Shown: piece after piece, positions 27,429-36,631 of the stretch
Numbering within the stretch: position 1 is the first letter of the stretch
Layout: every line of letters begins with the position of its first letter
Source: Nitrospirota bacterium
Lineage (GTDB): Bacteria > Nitrospirota > UBA9217
Assembly (NCBI GenBank): GCA_035623825.1
Contig: DASPSR010000055.1
Span: forward strand, 1-41,995
Direction of reading: 5' to 3'
DNA length: 41,995 bases
Program-made: the position numbers and the translations under genes
The notes under the pieces: model-generated
The model's database searches: none
Told to the model about the DNA's origin: nothing
Seen by the model: the letters and a program-made list of their open reading frames with translations, nothing else

Positions 27429-29549
27429 TCATGCGTAAAATCCCTTGCCGCCTTTGGCCATCTCCACCAGGCATCTCGGCGGCTCGAACCGTTCCCCGTG
27501 TTTTTTCGCGTTTCCTTCGAGCTTCTCGACGATGATCTTCGAACCGATCATGTCCGCATACTTGAGAAGACCGCCGCGGAAGGGCGGGAAGCCGATGCCG
27601 AAAATAAGCGCCGCATCGAGCAGGTCGGGCCGGTCGACGATCTTGTCTTCGAGGCAGAGCGCGGCCTCTTTGATCATGCGCAGTATTGCCCGGTCGACAA
27701 CCTCCTCAGGGCCGATCCTTTCTTTGCCCCTTGCTTCCGCCGAAATCCTGCGAGCGAGAGATATGTCCGGCCCGACCCGTCTTCCGCCTTGGTATTCATA
27801 GAAGCCCCTGCCGTTCTTCCTGCCGTAATAGCCGTCCCTGTAGAGCGCGCCGAGAAGACCGGAAGGCCTCACGCGCGCCCCCAATCCCTGATGCAGGATC
27901 TCGGAGACCTTGTGCGCAATGTCGATGCCGATCTCATCGAGCAGGATGAAGGCGCCCATGGGCATGCCGAACTGGAGGAGCGCCCAGTCGATTTCCTCGA
28001 TCGCCGCGCCCTGCTCGAGCATCGCGACTGCTTCGCCGAGGTAGGGCATGAGGATACGGTTCACGAGAAATCCGGGGCCGTCGTTCACGACGACCGGCAG
28101 CTTCCCGAGCTTGCGTGAGAGCGTCGCGATGGCCGAGACGGTCGGGTCCGATGTTTTTTCGCCCCGCACCACTTCAACGAGCGGCATCCTCTCCACGGGG
28201 TTGAAGAAATGCATGCCGACGACGCGGTCGGGACGTTTCGATGCCGTCGCCATCTCTGTGATCGAAAGCGACGACGTGTTCGAGGCAAAGATCGCATCCT
28301 CCCGTGCCACAGCCTCGAAATCACGGAGCACGTTCTTTTTGATGTTCATGTCCTCGACCACAGCCTCGACGGCAAGGTCGGCCGTGCCGAAGCCGGTGTA
28401 ATCCGCGGCTCCGGTGATCCGGTCGAAGCCGTCACGCGCCTGGAGCGCGGTCAGGATCCCCTTCTTCTGCCGCTTGCTGAATATCTGCCAGGCCTCTTTG
28501 AGTCCGGCACCCACGGCCTTGGTACTCACGTCCTTCATCCTGACGGCGACGCCTCTTTCAGCAAGGAGCTGGGCAATGCCGCCGCCCATGACGCCGGCGC
28601 CGAGGACTCCCGCACGCGATATTCCGTAGTGAGAAGGATGCGGGTCTCTCTTGAGCGTCTCGTTCAAGTAGAAGACGGAGATGAGGTTCTTCGTCACCTC
28701 GGTCGGGGCCAGCCGCCCGATCATCTTGGCTTCATTGACATACCCCGCTTCCTTGCCGTGTGCCATCCCGTAGCGGATGGATTCGAGCGCTGCGAGCGGG
28801 GCGGGGTAGTTGCCGCGCGTCTCCTTGAGCGCGCTCTTCCTCGCCATCCGGTAGACGAGGGGTCTCGTCAGCGGACTGCCCTCGATCAGCCTGTTGGTGA
28901 GCGGATGGCTCGTCCGGACCCTCGCGGGACGTGGTCTCCCGATCGCCTTCTTGGCCGTCGCAAGGGCGACGCTGAGCAGCGTTTCTCTATATGTCACTTC
29001 ATCGGCAAGCCCTATCTTCCGCGCTTGCTTCGGATAGACCGACTTTCCGCTCAGGATCATGTCGATCGCGTTCGCAAGTCCCACGAGGCGCGGCAGCCTC
29101 TGGGTGCCGCCGAATCCGGGGATGATGCCGAGCCTTACCTCAGGCAGCGCGAGAGCGGTCCTCTGGTCGTTGCTGATGACCCGATAGGTACAGGCGAGGG
29201 CAAGCTCCAGCCCTCCGCCCATGCACGGGCCGTGGATGGCGGCCACCGTGGGAAAGGGGAGCGCTTCCAGTTTGCTCAAGGTCGCCTGGCCATGGCGCGC
29301 GAGCCGTTCGCCCTTCCCGGCGTCGGCAATATCTCGTATCTCGCCGATATCGGCGCCGGCAATGAAGCTTTCCTTTTTGCCGCTCCGGAACACGAGCGCC
29401 TTGATCTCCTTCTTCGCGGCAAGTTCGTCGAGCAGGGCGTCGAGCTCAGCCATCACCGACGCGGTGAGCTTGTTGACCTTCTCTCCCGGCAGATCGAAGG
29501 TGAGGACCGCGATCCCATCGGTGTTTATCACATAGCTGAAGGCCGACAT
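27429..29549 (-). CDS. fadJ: Fatty acid oxidation complex alpha subunit (enoyl-CoA hydratase / 3-hydroxyacyl-CoA dehydrogenase)
   Basis: [45 protein letters not shown] and PGFLVNR. Confidence 0.93.
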   Translation of the reverse strand: MSAFSYVINTDGIAVLTFDLPGEKVNKLTASVMAELDALLDELAAKKEIKALVFRSGKKESFIAGADIGEIRDIADAGKGERLARHGQATLSKLEALPFPTVAAIHGPCMGGGLELALACTYRVISNDQRTALALPEVRLGIIPGFGGTQRLPRLVGLANAIDMILSGKSVYPKQARKIGLADEVTYRETLLSVALATAKKAIGRPRPARVRTSHPLTNRLIEGSPLTRPLVYRMARKSALKETRGNYPAPLAALESIRYGMAHGKEAGYVNEAKMIGRLAPTEVTKNLISVFYLNETLKRDPHPSHYGISRAGVLGAGVMGGGIAQLLAERGVAVRMKDVSTKAVGAGLKEAWQIFSKRQKKGILTALQARDGFDRITGAADYTGFGTADLAVEAVVEDMNIKKNVLRDFEAVAREDAIFASNTSSLSITEMATASKRPDRVVGMHFFNPVERMPLVEVVRGEKTSDPTVSAIATLSRKLGKLPVVVNDGPGFLVNRILMPYLGEAVAMLEQGAAIEEIDWALLQFGMPMGAFILLDEIGIDIAHKVSEILHQGLGARVRPSGLLGALYRDGYYGRKNGRGFYEYQGGRRVGPDISLARRISAEARGKERIGPEEVVDRAILRMIKEAALCLEDKIVDRPDLLDAALIFGIGFPPFRGGLLKYADMIGSKIIVEKLEGNAKKHGERFEPPRCLVEMAKGGKGFYA

Positions 29550-29647
29550 TGTAGATCCCCTTGACGAGATGTACAGGATAACGCGGCGGTCGGCCGATCC
29601 CGGGCTCTCCCCGGATTATCCTGTGACCCCGTCCACTCTCCTTCGCG

Positions 29648-30931
29648 CTATCGTCTCTCGACGATCATCGCGCCTCCCTGTCCGCCGCCGACGCACATGG
29701 TTGCGAGCCCCACGGTCAGGCCGCGGCGCTCCATCTCCTTGAGGAGCGTGAGCACGATCCGGAGTCCCGACGACCCCACGGGATGGCCCACGGCAATGGC
29801 GCCCCCGTTCACGTTCATGATGTCACGCCTGAACTCGCCGATCGGCTCCTCGCCCGGCAGATGCTCGGCGAAATACTCCCGGGATACCGCAGCACGCTCC
29901 ACGGCGATGACCTGCGCGGCAAAGGCCTCGTTCAGCTCGATGAGCTCGATGTCCGTCATCTTCATTCCGGCCAGCTTCAGCACCTTGTGCGTCGCATAGA
30001 GCGGGGTGATCCCCATGCGCGAGGGATCGAACGCCGCGAAAGCAACGGCCTTTATGTACCCGAGAGGCTTGTACCCCAGTTCCCTGGCCCTGTCCGCGCT
30101 CATGATGAGGGCCGCGGCGGCGCCGTCCGTGACAGGTGACGAGTTTCCCGCCGTGACCGTCCCGTTTTTTCTGTCGAAATAGGGTTTCAGCTTTTCGAGC
30201 GCCTCCATGGTCTCGTCCTTCCGAGGCCCGACGTCTTTTTCCAGCGGCTCGAACTTCGGCGGCACATAGAGGGGAATCACCTCATTCTTGAACTTTCCGG
30301 CCTCGAAGGCGCGCGTCCAGCGCCGATGGCTTTCGAGGGCGAACTCGTCCTGTTCTCTGCGCGCAATGCCGAAATCCCGTACGAGCACTTCTGCGGTGAG
30401 GCCCATGATCAGGCCGGAGATGGGGTCGGTGAGGCCTTCCAGGAGGCCGACGACCGGCAGCAGGTCGCGCGGCCTGAGCGAGACGACGGCTTTGAGCCCT
30501 GCGCCGAAGGTCTTTGAGCGCCTGAAAGCGGTGATCGCGTTCTGAAGCCTCTTCGTCATCTGGAAGGAGTAATTCGACATGGACTCCACGCCGCCCACAA
30601 GCACGATCTCATTCATGCCGGCGATGATCTGGGCGTAGGCGCTCGCTGCCGCCTGCATGCCTGAGGCGCAGTTCCGCTGCACGCTATAGGCCGGAATGCG
30701 TTCTGACAGGCCGGCGCGCAACGCGATGACCCGGGCGATGTTTGCGGCCTCGGCAGGCATTCCCGCATTGCCGACGATCACCTCGTCGATCGCCAGCGGA
30801 TCGACGCCGGTCCGCATGATGACCTCTTTCACGACGGCAGCTCCGAGATCCACGGCCGGAACGTCCTTGAGCACCGTGCCGGCCTTGGCGTAGGGAGTGC
30901 GGAATCCTTCAATGATGACGATGTCTTTCAC
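29648..30931 (-). CDS. fadI: Acetyl-CoA C-acyltransferase (3-ketoacyl-CoA thiolase)
   Basis: NCASG, NEAFA, GHPVG and CVGGG. Confidence 0.93.
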   Translation of the reverse strand: MKDIVIIEGFRTPYAKAGTVLKDVPAVDLGAAVVKEVIMRTGVDPLAIDEVIVGNAGMPAEAANIARVIALRAGLSERIPAYSVQRNCASGMQAAASAYAQIIAGMNEIVLVGGVESMSNYSFQMTKRLQNAITAFRRSKTFGAGLKAVVSLRPRDLLPVVGLLEGLTDPISGLIMGLTAEVLVRDFGIARREQDEFALESHRRWTRAFEAGKFKNEVIPLYVPPKFEPLEKDVGPRKDETMEALEKLKPYFDRKNGTVTAGNSSPVTDGAAAALIMSADRARELGYKPLGYIKAVAFAAFDPSRMGITPLYATHKVLKLAGMKMTDIELIELNEAFAAQVIAVERAAVSREYFAEHLPGEEPIGEFRRDIMNVNGGAIAVGHPVGSSGLRIVLTLLKEMERRGLTVGLATMCVGGGQGGAMIVERR

Positions 30932-31054
30932 TTGTTACCTCATCCTTTTTCGATCGATGAACGGATGCGGCCGGTAAACGTCAACCGGTGATCCAGTTTC
31001 AAGTCGAGACGTTTGAAATTCGTCATTCACCATCATTAGCTCGGCGCTGCGGGT

Positions 31055-32749
31055 TCAGGTCTTTATTTTTTTCATCTCCTCATCCCTCAGCACGCGCCTC
31101 AATACCTTGCCCACGAGCGTCTTCGGGAGCCGGTCGCGGAACTCGACCTCCTTCGGCACCTTGAACTTCGAGAGCAGCTGCTGGCAGAACTGTATGATTT
31201 CCTCGGCGGTCGCGGTCTCGCCTTCCTTGAGCACGATGTACGCTTTGATCTCCTCACCCAGGAACTCCTGCGGGATCCCGACGACGACGGCTTCCTTGAC
31301 CTTACGGTGCATGAAAAGGACCTCTTCGACTTCCCTCGGGTACACGTTCTCGCCTGCGGTCTTTATCATGTCCTTGATCCGGTCCACGATGGTGAAGTAG
31401 CCATCTTCGTCCATCGTGGCGATATCGCCGGTATGGAGCCACCCGCCGCGAAGCGCGTCCGCCGTCTCCTCGGGTTTATTCCAGTACCCTTTCATGACCT
31501 GCGGGCCCCTTATGACGAGTTCCCCGGCCTCGCCCACAGGCAGGTTTTTTCGGCCGGTCTCGATGTCCACGATCCGGGCCTCCGTGTCCGGCCAGGGCAG
31601 GCCGATGGTGCCGCTCTTCCGCCTGCCGAAGATGGGGTTGGCATGGGTGACGGGCGACGCCTCGGACAGGCCGTAGCCTTCGACGATCCTGGCGTTGGTC
31701 AGGCGTTCGAACCGCTCCTGCACTTCGTGCATGAGCGGGCCAGCGCCGCTGATGGCCACCTTCAGGGACGTCAGGTCATGCCTGCGGATCGTGGGGTAGT
31801 TGCCGATCGCGAGGTACATGGCCTGGACGCCGGGGAATATCTCCGGCCGGTACTTCTCGATGAAGCGGAGCACCTCCCTGGTATGGAACTTCGGGAGGAG
31901 GATCAGTTTCGCCCCGATAAGAATGCCGAGATTCATGGCTATGGTCATTCCGTAGACATGGAAGAAGGGAATGACGCCGAGGATGACCACTTCTCCTTCA
32001 TTGTGGAGCGTGAGCCAGGCCTTGCTCTGCACCGCGTTCACGACCAGGTTCCGGTGGGTGAGCGCGGCCCCCTTCGGCACTCCCGTTGTTCCTCCGGTGT
32101 ACTGGAGGAGCGCGGTATCGTCAGGCGAGATGGCCGCGTTTACGGCTGCAGTTGATTCAGGCCTCATGATGGCCCTGAAATCGTAAACCGGGGGGACCCT
32201 CCTTACGCTGACCCACTGTTTGTCAATTTTCGCTTTCAGGGGGTACAGCACATTCAGCGGAAACGGCAGAAAATCCCTGATGCCGCAGAGGATCAGGCGC
32301 CTGACGCCGGTCCTCGGCAGGACAGCGGAAATGACGGGATAGAACATATCGACGGCCACGAGCGTCTCCGCGCCGCAGTCCCTGAGCTGGACCTCCAGCT
32401 CATGCTCGTGGTAGAGGGGGTTTGTCGGGACGGCGACCGCGCCCACGCGAAGCGTCCCGTAGTAGGCGATGACCATCTGCGGGATGTTCGGCAGCATGAG
32501 CGCCACCCGGTCTCCCTTCCCGACCCCCAGGCGCGAGAGGGCATGAGCGAAGCGGTTCGCGAGCGCATCGAGCTCCGAATAGACGATCTTCTTCCCGTAG
32601 AACAGGAGCGCCGTGTGGTCCGGGAATTTCAGTGCGGTTTGGTGGAGGACCGTCCCCAGCGTTACGTCGGGGTACTTGAGGGTAGGCGGGACGCCTGCTT
32701 CGTAGAAACTGATCCAAGGGTGTTCGGTGTAGGACATAACGGCTGCCAT
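31055..32749 (-). CDS. fadD: Long-chain fatty acid-CoA ligase
   Basis: YTGGTTGVPKG, EGYGLSE, HTGD and PKTLVGK; GGAGGT RBS before ATG 32749. Confidence 0.93.
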   Translation of the reverse strand: MAAVMSYTEHPWISFYEAGVPPTLKYPDVTLGTVLHQTALKFPDHTALLFYGKKIVYSELDALANRFAHALSRLGVGKGDRVALMLPNIPQMVIAYYGTLRVGAVAVPTNPLYHEHELEVQLRDCGAETLVAVDMFYPVISAVLPRTGVRRLILCGIRDFLPFPLNVLYPLKAKIDKQWVSVRRVPPVYDFRAIMRPESTAAVNAAISPDDTALLQYTGGTTGVPKGAALTHRNLVVNAVQSKAWLTLHNEGEVVILGVIPFFHVYGMTIAMNLGILIGAKLILLPKFHTREVLRFIEKYRPEIFPGVQAMYLAIGNYPTIRRHDLTSLKVAISGAGPLMHEVQERFERLTNARIVEGYGLSEASPVTHANPIFGRRKSGTIGLPWPDTEARIVDIETGRKNLPVGEAGELVIRGPQVMKGYWNKPEETADALRGGWLHTGDIATMDEDGYFTIVDRIKDMIKTAGENVYPREVEEVLFMHRKVKEAVVVGIPQEFLGEEIKAYIVLKEGETATAEEIIQFCQQLLSKFKVPKEVEFRDRLPKTLVGKVLRRVLRDEEMKKIKT

Positions 32750-32879
32750 GCGGCACCTCCACAGGCGCCACTGATGTCCCCCATGCTCGGTAGACAGGCA
32801 TACCGGGTATTTCGGACAAGACAGGTCTTCAATTTCTCCTGATTTTATTATAGCATAACCGGACAACGTCCGTTCGGGC

Positions 32880-34130
32880 CTAGCTCGCCCGGGAGTGGAA
32901 ACGGCGTCTGTGAGGATTTGGATGGCGGGGCGCGGCGAGTCGTTCCCTGTCGCTCTTCTGCTTCTCTTCGGCGGTCCTCCGGATCTCCCGGACGTACATG
33001 CTCTCGTCGGCCCACTCGACGGGGATCTTCTGGCCGATGTACTTTTCGATGTCCTCCAGTGAATAGACGTACTCCTCGTCCGCGAGGCTCATGGCCTTGC
33101 CGGTCGCTCCGGCGCGGCCGGTTCGGCCGATGCGGTGCACGTAGTCTTCGGCGTCCTGGGGCAGGTCGTAGTTGATCACATGGGTCACGCTTTCCACGTG
33201 AATGCCGCGGCTCGCCACGTCGGTGGCGACAAGGACCGGGAGCTTGCCTTCTTTGAAGTCCGCGAGCAGCCGCAGCCGCTTCTTCTGCACGATGTCGCCG
33301 GTGATGGCCGCTGCTCTCCATCCGTTGCGGCTCAGGCGCTCGACGACCATGTCGGCGGCGCGGCGGGTGTTCACGAAGATGAGGCTGCGCTCCGGCGCTT
33401 CGTGTTTGAGGATGCCGAGCAGGAGGGATATCTTCTCATGCTTCCCCACGTGATAGAGGACCTGTTCCACGCGCTCCACGGTGACCTTCTCGGGCGTGAT
33501 CGAGATCTTTTCAGGGAGGTTCATGTGCTCGTAGGCGAGTTCCATGACGCGGTATGACAGCGTTGCGGAGAAGAGCATGGACTGGCGCTTGGTGTAGGGC
33601 GGCATCTTCCTGATGAGGTACCGAAGGTCGTCAATGAACCCCATGTCGAACATGCGGTCCGCCTCATCGATGATCAGGTAGCGGGTCTTCTTGAGGCTGT
33701 AGATGCGCTGCTTGTAGTAGTCGATCAGCCTACCCGGGGTGCCGATCAGAACGTCGACCCCCTTTTGAAGGGTGACCATCTGCTTCTGGTAGTCGATGCC
33801 CCCGTAAACGGCGAGGAAGCGGAAGCCCGTGAACCTGCCGAGCCGTTCTGCTTCGTGGTAGATCTGGTCCGCGAGCTCGCGGGTCGGCGCGATGATGAGG
33901 GCCTGCGGAGAGTTCCCCAGGTCTTGGACCGGGTTTCTGATCATCCTGGCGAAGAGCGAGATGAGAAAGGCCGCGGTCTTGCCCGTGCCCGTTTGCGCCT
34001 GCGCTGCTATATCTTCACCGCGTACGGCGCGGGGTATCACCGCTTCCTGCACCGGGGTGCACACGGTGAACCCCGCGTGGTCGATGCCCTGTCTCACTTC
34101 GTAGGGCAGATCCAATTCACTGAAGTTCAT
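32880..34130 (-). CDS. rhlB: DEAD-box RNA helicase (RhlB-like)
   Basis: Q motif, AQTGTGKT, PTRELA, TPGRL, DEAD, SAT and HRIGRTGR. Confidence 0.9.
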   Translation of the reverse strand: MNFSELDLPYEVRQGIDHAGFTVCTPVQEAVIPRAVRGEDIAAQAQTGTGKTAAFLISLFARMIRNPVQDLGNSPQALIIAPTRELADQIYHEAERLGRFTGFRFLAVYGGIDYQKQMVTLQKGVDVLIGTPGRLIDYYKQRIYSLKKTRYLIIDEADRMFDMGFIDDLRYLIRKMPPYTKRQSMLFSATLSYRVMELAYEHMNLPEKISITPEKVTVERVEQVLYHVGKHEKISLLLGILKHEAPERSLIFVNTRRAADMVVERLSRNGWRAAAITGDIVQKKRLRLLADFKEGKLPVLVATDVASRGIHVESVTHVINYDLPQDAEDYVHRIGRTGRAGATGKAMSLADEEYVYSLEDIEKYIGQKIPVEWADESMYVREIRRTAEEKQKSDRERLAAPRHPNPHRRRFHSRAS

Positions 34131-34605
34131 ACATCTCCGATCGTTGTTGAGGACAATATGTCAACGAACTGTGTGGCCTAGTATACCATAAGTGTCATGG
34201 CGAGACAAAGAGAAATTATGTCCCGCCGTCCTTGTGGAGCGGCGCAGGCGTTCGAAGGTTGACTTTTTAGTCGCATGCTCGAACAGAAAAACATGAATTC
34301 TCCAAAAGGGAAGCAGAGCGCCGCGGCGCCCGAGCCGGCCGGTCGTCCGGAAGATACAGGCAGGGAGAGGAAATATGCCGCCTTTTGAAGGGAAATTCTC
34401 AAAAAAGTAATTTGGGTATCACCATTTATTTTTTGATGCATTTTTCCTGCTGCTGTTTGGTCTCCACCCGGTCCCGGACGGTGTACCAATAAAAATTGGA
34501 AATGCCATAGATTAACCATTAATTTTTTGACCACTATTATTTGCGTCGATTCTGCTGTTGATAAATTGTCTAACCCATCGAAAAATAATTTTTTAATTTT
34601 TCCTG

Positions 34606-34635
34606 TTGACAAAACATACACTCTTGTTGTATATT
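34606..34635 (+). promoter_or_regulatory. Sigma70 promoter with AT-rich upstream region
   Basis: TTGACA-18 nt-TATATT. Confidence 0.7.
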
Positions 34636-34654
34636 TGTCCACGAGGTGAACAAA
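34634..34654 (+). promoter_or_regulatory. Putative autoregulatory operator overlapping the start site and RBS
   Basis: Inverted repeat TTTGTCCAC-GAG-GTGAACAAA (one mismatch) directly before the GTG of a wHTH protein. Confidence 0.55.
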
Positions 34655-34655
34655 A

Positions 34656-35222
34656 GTGCTGACAAAACTCTTCTCTTCTACGAGAGCGGAGCTTTTAGGC
34701 CTGTTCTTTAACAATCCGGATGACAAGTTCTACTTAAGAGAGATCGCGCGTCACATCGGAAAAGATGCGGCGGGGATCAAGCGGGAACTGGACAACCTGG
34801 TCAAGATCGGGCTTCTGGCAAAAGAGAAGCGGGGAGTGCAGAAATACTACTTCGCGAATAAAAGCTCTCCCATCTTCTCGGAGATGAAGGGGCTCATCTT
34901 CAAGACCACGGGAGTGCAGGGCGCAATGAAGACGTCGCTGTCCCGGTTGAAGGGCGTCAAGACAGCGTTCATCTACGGTTCATTCGCGAAAGGATCGGAA
35001 AAAGAGGACAGCAACATCAATCTCATGGTGATCGGCCAGGCGAACATCACGGAACTGAATGACATGGTGATGGGGCTGGAAGAAAAGCTGAAGAGGGAGA
35101 TCGATTATCTGGTCTTCGACGAGCTGGAATACCGGAAACGCAAGGACTCCAAGGACCCGTTCATCCGAGAGTTACTGAAAGGCAAGAAGATTTTCCTGGT
35201 AGGCAGGGAAGATGAATTATAA
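34656..35222 (+). CDS. ArsR-like wHTH fused to a minimal nucleotidyltransferase (MNT) domain, with catalytic DxD replaced by NxN
   Basis: LFSSTRA...YLREIAR...IKRELDNL wHTH; YGSFAKG...SNINLMVIG where the family has SDIDL. Confidence 0.88.
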   Translation: MLTKLFSSTRAELLGLFFNNPDDKFYLREIARHIGKDAAGIKRELDNLVKIGLLAKEKRGVQKYYFANKSSPIFSEMKGLIFKTTGVQGAMKTSLSRLKGVKTAFIYGSFAKGSEKEDSNINLMVIGQANITELNDMVMGLEEKLKREIDYLVFDELEYRKRKDSKDPFIRELLKGKKIFLVGREDEL

Positions 35223-35697
35223 TGCGCTCAAAGAAATGGGGATCGTTGAGGAACGTACCGCCGAGATCGCCGAGGTCATCGCGCTGGTGACGCGGGCGGA
35301 ACGGGACTTGGCAACAAGCAGGCTTCTGCTGGACAAGGATGTTGAGTGGGCGTTTGTTGCCTCCTATCAGGCAATGGCCCGTTCAGCGAGGGCGCTCATC
35401 CTGTCCGAGGGGTTCAGGCCCAAGGGGGTCAGGAGCAGGGATGCGCACAAGACCGTGGTAACGGCGTCGGGCGTCATCCTCGGGGAACAGCACAAGAGCA
35501 TGATCAACAAATTCGACCGCATGCGCAGAAAATACCAAAGCTTCATGGAAGAGGCAGGACGCGTCATATCCAAGTACGAGGCAGGACAGGCGATAAAGGA
35601 CGCCGAGGAGTTCCTCGCCTTGGTGAACGGCAGGATCAAGGAAAAGTACTCGCAGATGTCCTTGCTGAATGATGTCCCTCAGCTTGTTTCAAGATAA
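35212..35697 (+). CDS. HEPN-domain protein
   Basis: AERDL, YQAMARSARAL...GFRP...H, DRMRRK and AEEF pattern; overlaps the MNT gene. Confidence 0.85.
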   Translation: MNYNALKEMGIVEERTAEIAEVIALVTRAERDLATSRLLLDKDVEWAFVASYQAMARSARALILSEGFRPKGVRSRDAHKTVVTASGVILGEQHKSMINKFDRMRRKYQSFMEEAGRVISKYEAGQAIKDAEEFLALVNGRIKEKYSQMSLLNDVPQLVSR

Positions 35698-35744
35698 GGC
35701 CGCTTGAGTAAAAACGCGGTATGCCGAAAGGGGGTGGACAAATA

Positions 35745-35804
35745 ATGGCAGCCAAGAAGAAGGCCAAGAAGAAGGCAAAGAAGAAAGCCACCAAGAAGAA
35801 GTAG
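35745..35804 (+). CDS. Lysine-rich microprotein 1 (MAAKKKAKKKAKKKATKKK, 19 aa)
   Basis: GAAAGGGGGTG RBS 8 nt before ATG; 12 Lys; TAG stop. Confidence 0.75.
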   Translation: MAAKKKAKKKAKKKATKKK

Positions 35805-35833
35805 CTTTCATACGGTGTCCCAAGACGCGGGAC

Positions 35834-35863
35834 CGCCGGGGGCTTGATGCCCCCGGCGTATTT
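35834..35863 (+). terminator. GC-rich hairpin after microprotein 1 (weak terminator, attenuator or stabiliser)
   Basis: CGCCGGGGGC-TTGAT-GCCCCCGGCG followed by TATTT. Confidence 0.55.
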
Positions 35864-35953
35864 AAGACAACCCATCACCACGACCGATGTGCGGGCTTCA
35901 TACATAATCTCATTTTCATCCTTATATCCCATGATGAAAGGGGGTGAAGATAC

Positions 35954-36010
35954 ATGGCGACGAAGAAAGCCCCGGCAAAAAAGGCGAAAAAGACCACAAA
36001 GAAGAAATAA
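35954..36010 (+). CDS. Lysine-rich microprotein 2 (MATKKAPAKKAKKTTKKK, 18 aa)
   Basis: Same GAAAGGGGGTG RBS 7 nt before ATG; 9 Lys; TAA stop. Confidence 0.75.
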   Translation: MATKKAPAKKAKKTTKKK

Positions 36011-36061
36011 CTTGGCCCGGCCCTCACAGGTCATAGAGTCCGATGATGGCATTGAAGCTCT

Positions 36062-36093
36062 ACCACGAAGAAGGTCTTCGTGGTTTTGTTTTT
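36062..36093 (+). terminator. Rho-independent terminator
   Basis: ACCACGAAGA-AGG-TCTTCGTGGT followed by TTTGTTTTT. Confidence 0.85.
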
Positions 36094-36163
36094 GAGAAGC
36101 GGATATACGGATGCGGCGCATTCTCCCTGCAGGAGGGCCTGCGCGGCGAAAGAAGACAGCACC

Positions 36164-36490
36164 ATGCGTAAACGGAACTACATGAAGGTTCAGCGCAGTC
36201 GCAGGACCGTGGGCAGGAAAAGAGTGCTCTTCGCGGCAGGTATCCTTCTTGCCCTCTATCTTCTGACGTCGTACACCCTGGGCGAAATGGGGCTGGTGAA
36301 GTATTACCGGATGAAGGTGCAGTATAACGCTCTCACCGAAGAGATCGCGACGCTCAGGCAGGATAACGCCAGACTGATTCGCGACGTCCACGCCCTCAAG
36401 ACCGACCCCGCCTGCATCGAGAGGATCGCACGGGATGAACTGGGACTTGCGCGGCAGGGGGAGATAGTGTACTATTACGACAAGCCCTGA
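36164..36490 (+). CDS. ftsB: Septum formation initiator FtsB/DivIC family
   Basis: One TM, GEMG, a coiled coil, and IERIARDELGLARQGE. Confidence 0.85.
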   Translation: MRKRNYMKVQRSRRTVGRKRVLFAAGILLALYLLTSYTLGEMGLVKYYRMKVQYNALTEEIATLRQDNARLIRDVHALKTDPACIERIARDELGLARQGEIVYYYDKP

Positions 36491-36631
36491 AGGGAATAAC
36501 CCCAAACCGTAAGTTCCAGGGTGCTAATAATCAATGAGGAGGAGCGCACGGGCGCGTTCCGGCGACAGTTTACTGGTGCTTTGGGACTGCCTGCAATCTG
36601 ATTCCTTAAGCGTGATCATTCTCCTTAGGCC

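Noticed and set aside
28209-29564. Long antisense ORFs (451 aa here; others over coxA, coxC, fadD and GH57)
   Set aside because: Shadow frames of GC-rich genes with clear family motifs on the opposite strand.
29574-29625. ACAGGATAA...TTATCCTGT inverted repeat between fadI and fadJ
   Set aside because: Single copy with no target duplication or transposase. At most an mRNA-stabilising hairpin.
34178-34726. 182-aa minus-strand ORF across the AT-rich region
   Set aside because: It spans a promoter region and overlaps the wHTH-MNT start, with no protein-like features.
35745-35804. GCCAAGAAGAAG-type 12-bp tandem repeat as a VNTR or CRISPR-like array
   Set aside because: Explained by AKKK codons. 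There are no spacers, and no CRISPR array or cas gene is seen in the window.
35636-36505. 289-aa minus-strand ORF containing FFLVAFFFAFFLAFFLAA
   Set aside because: The Phe-rich stretch is the antisense of the Lys codons. The RBSs and terminators are on the plus strand, and the ORF overlaps ftsB.
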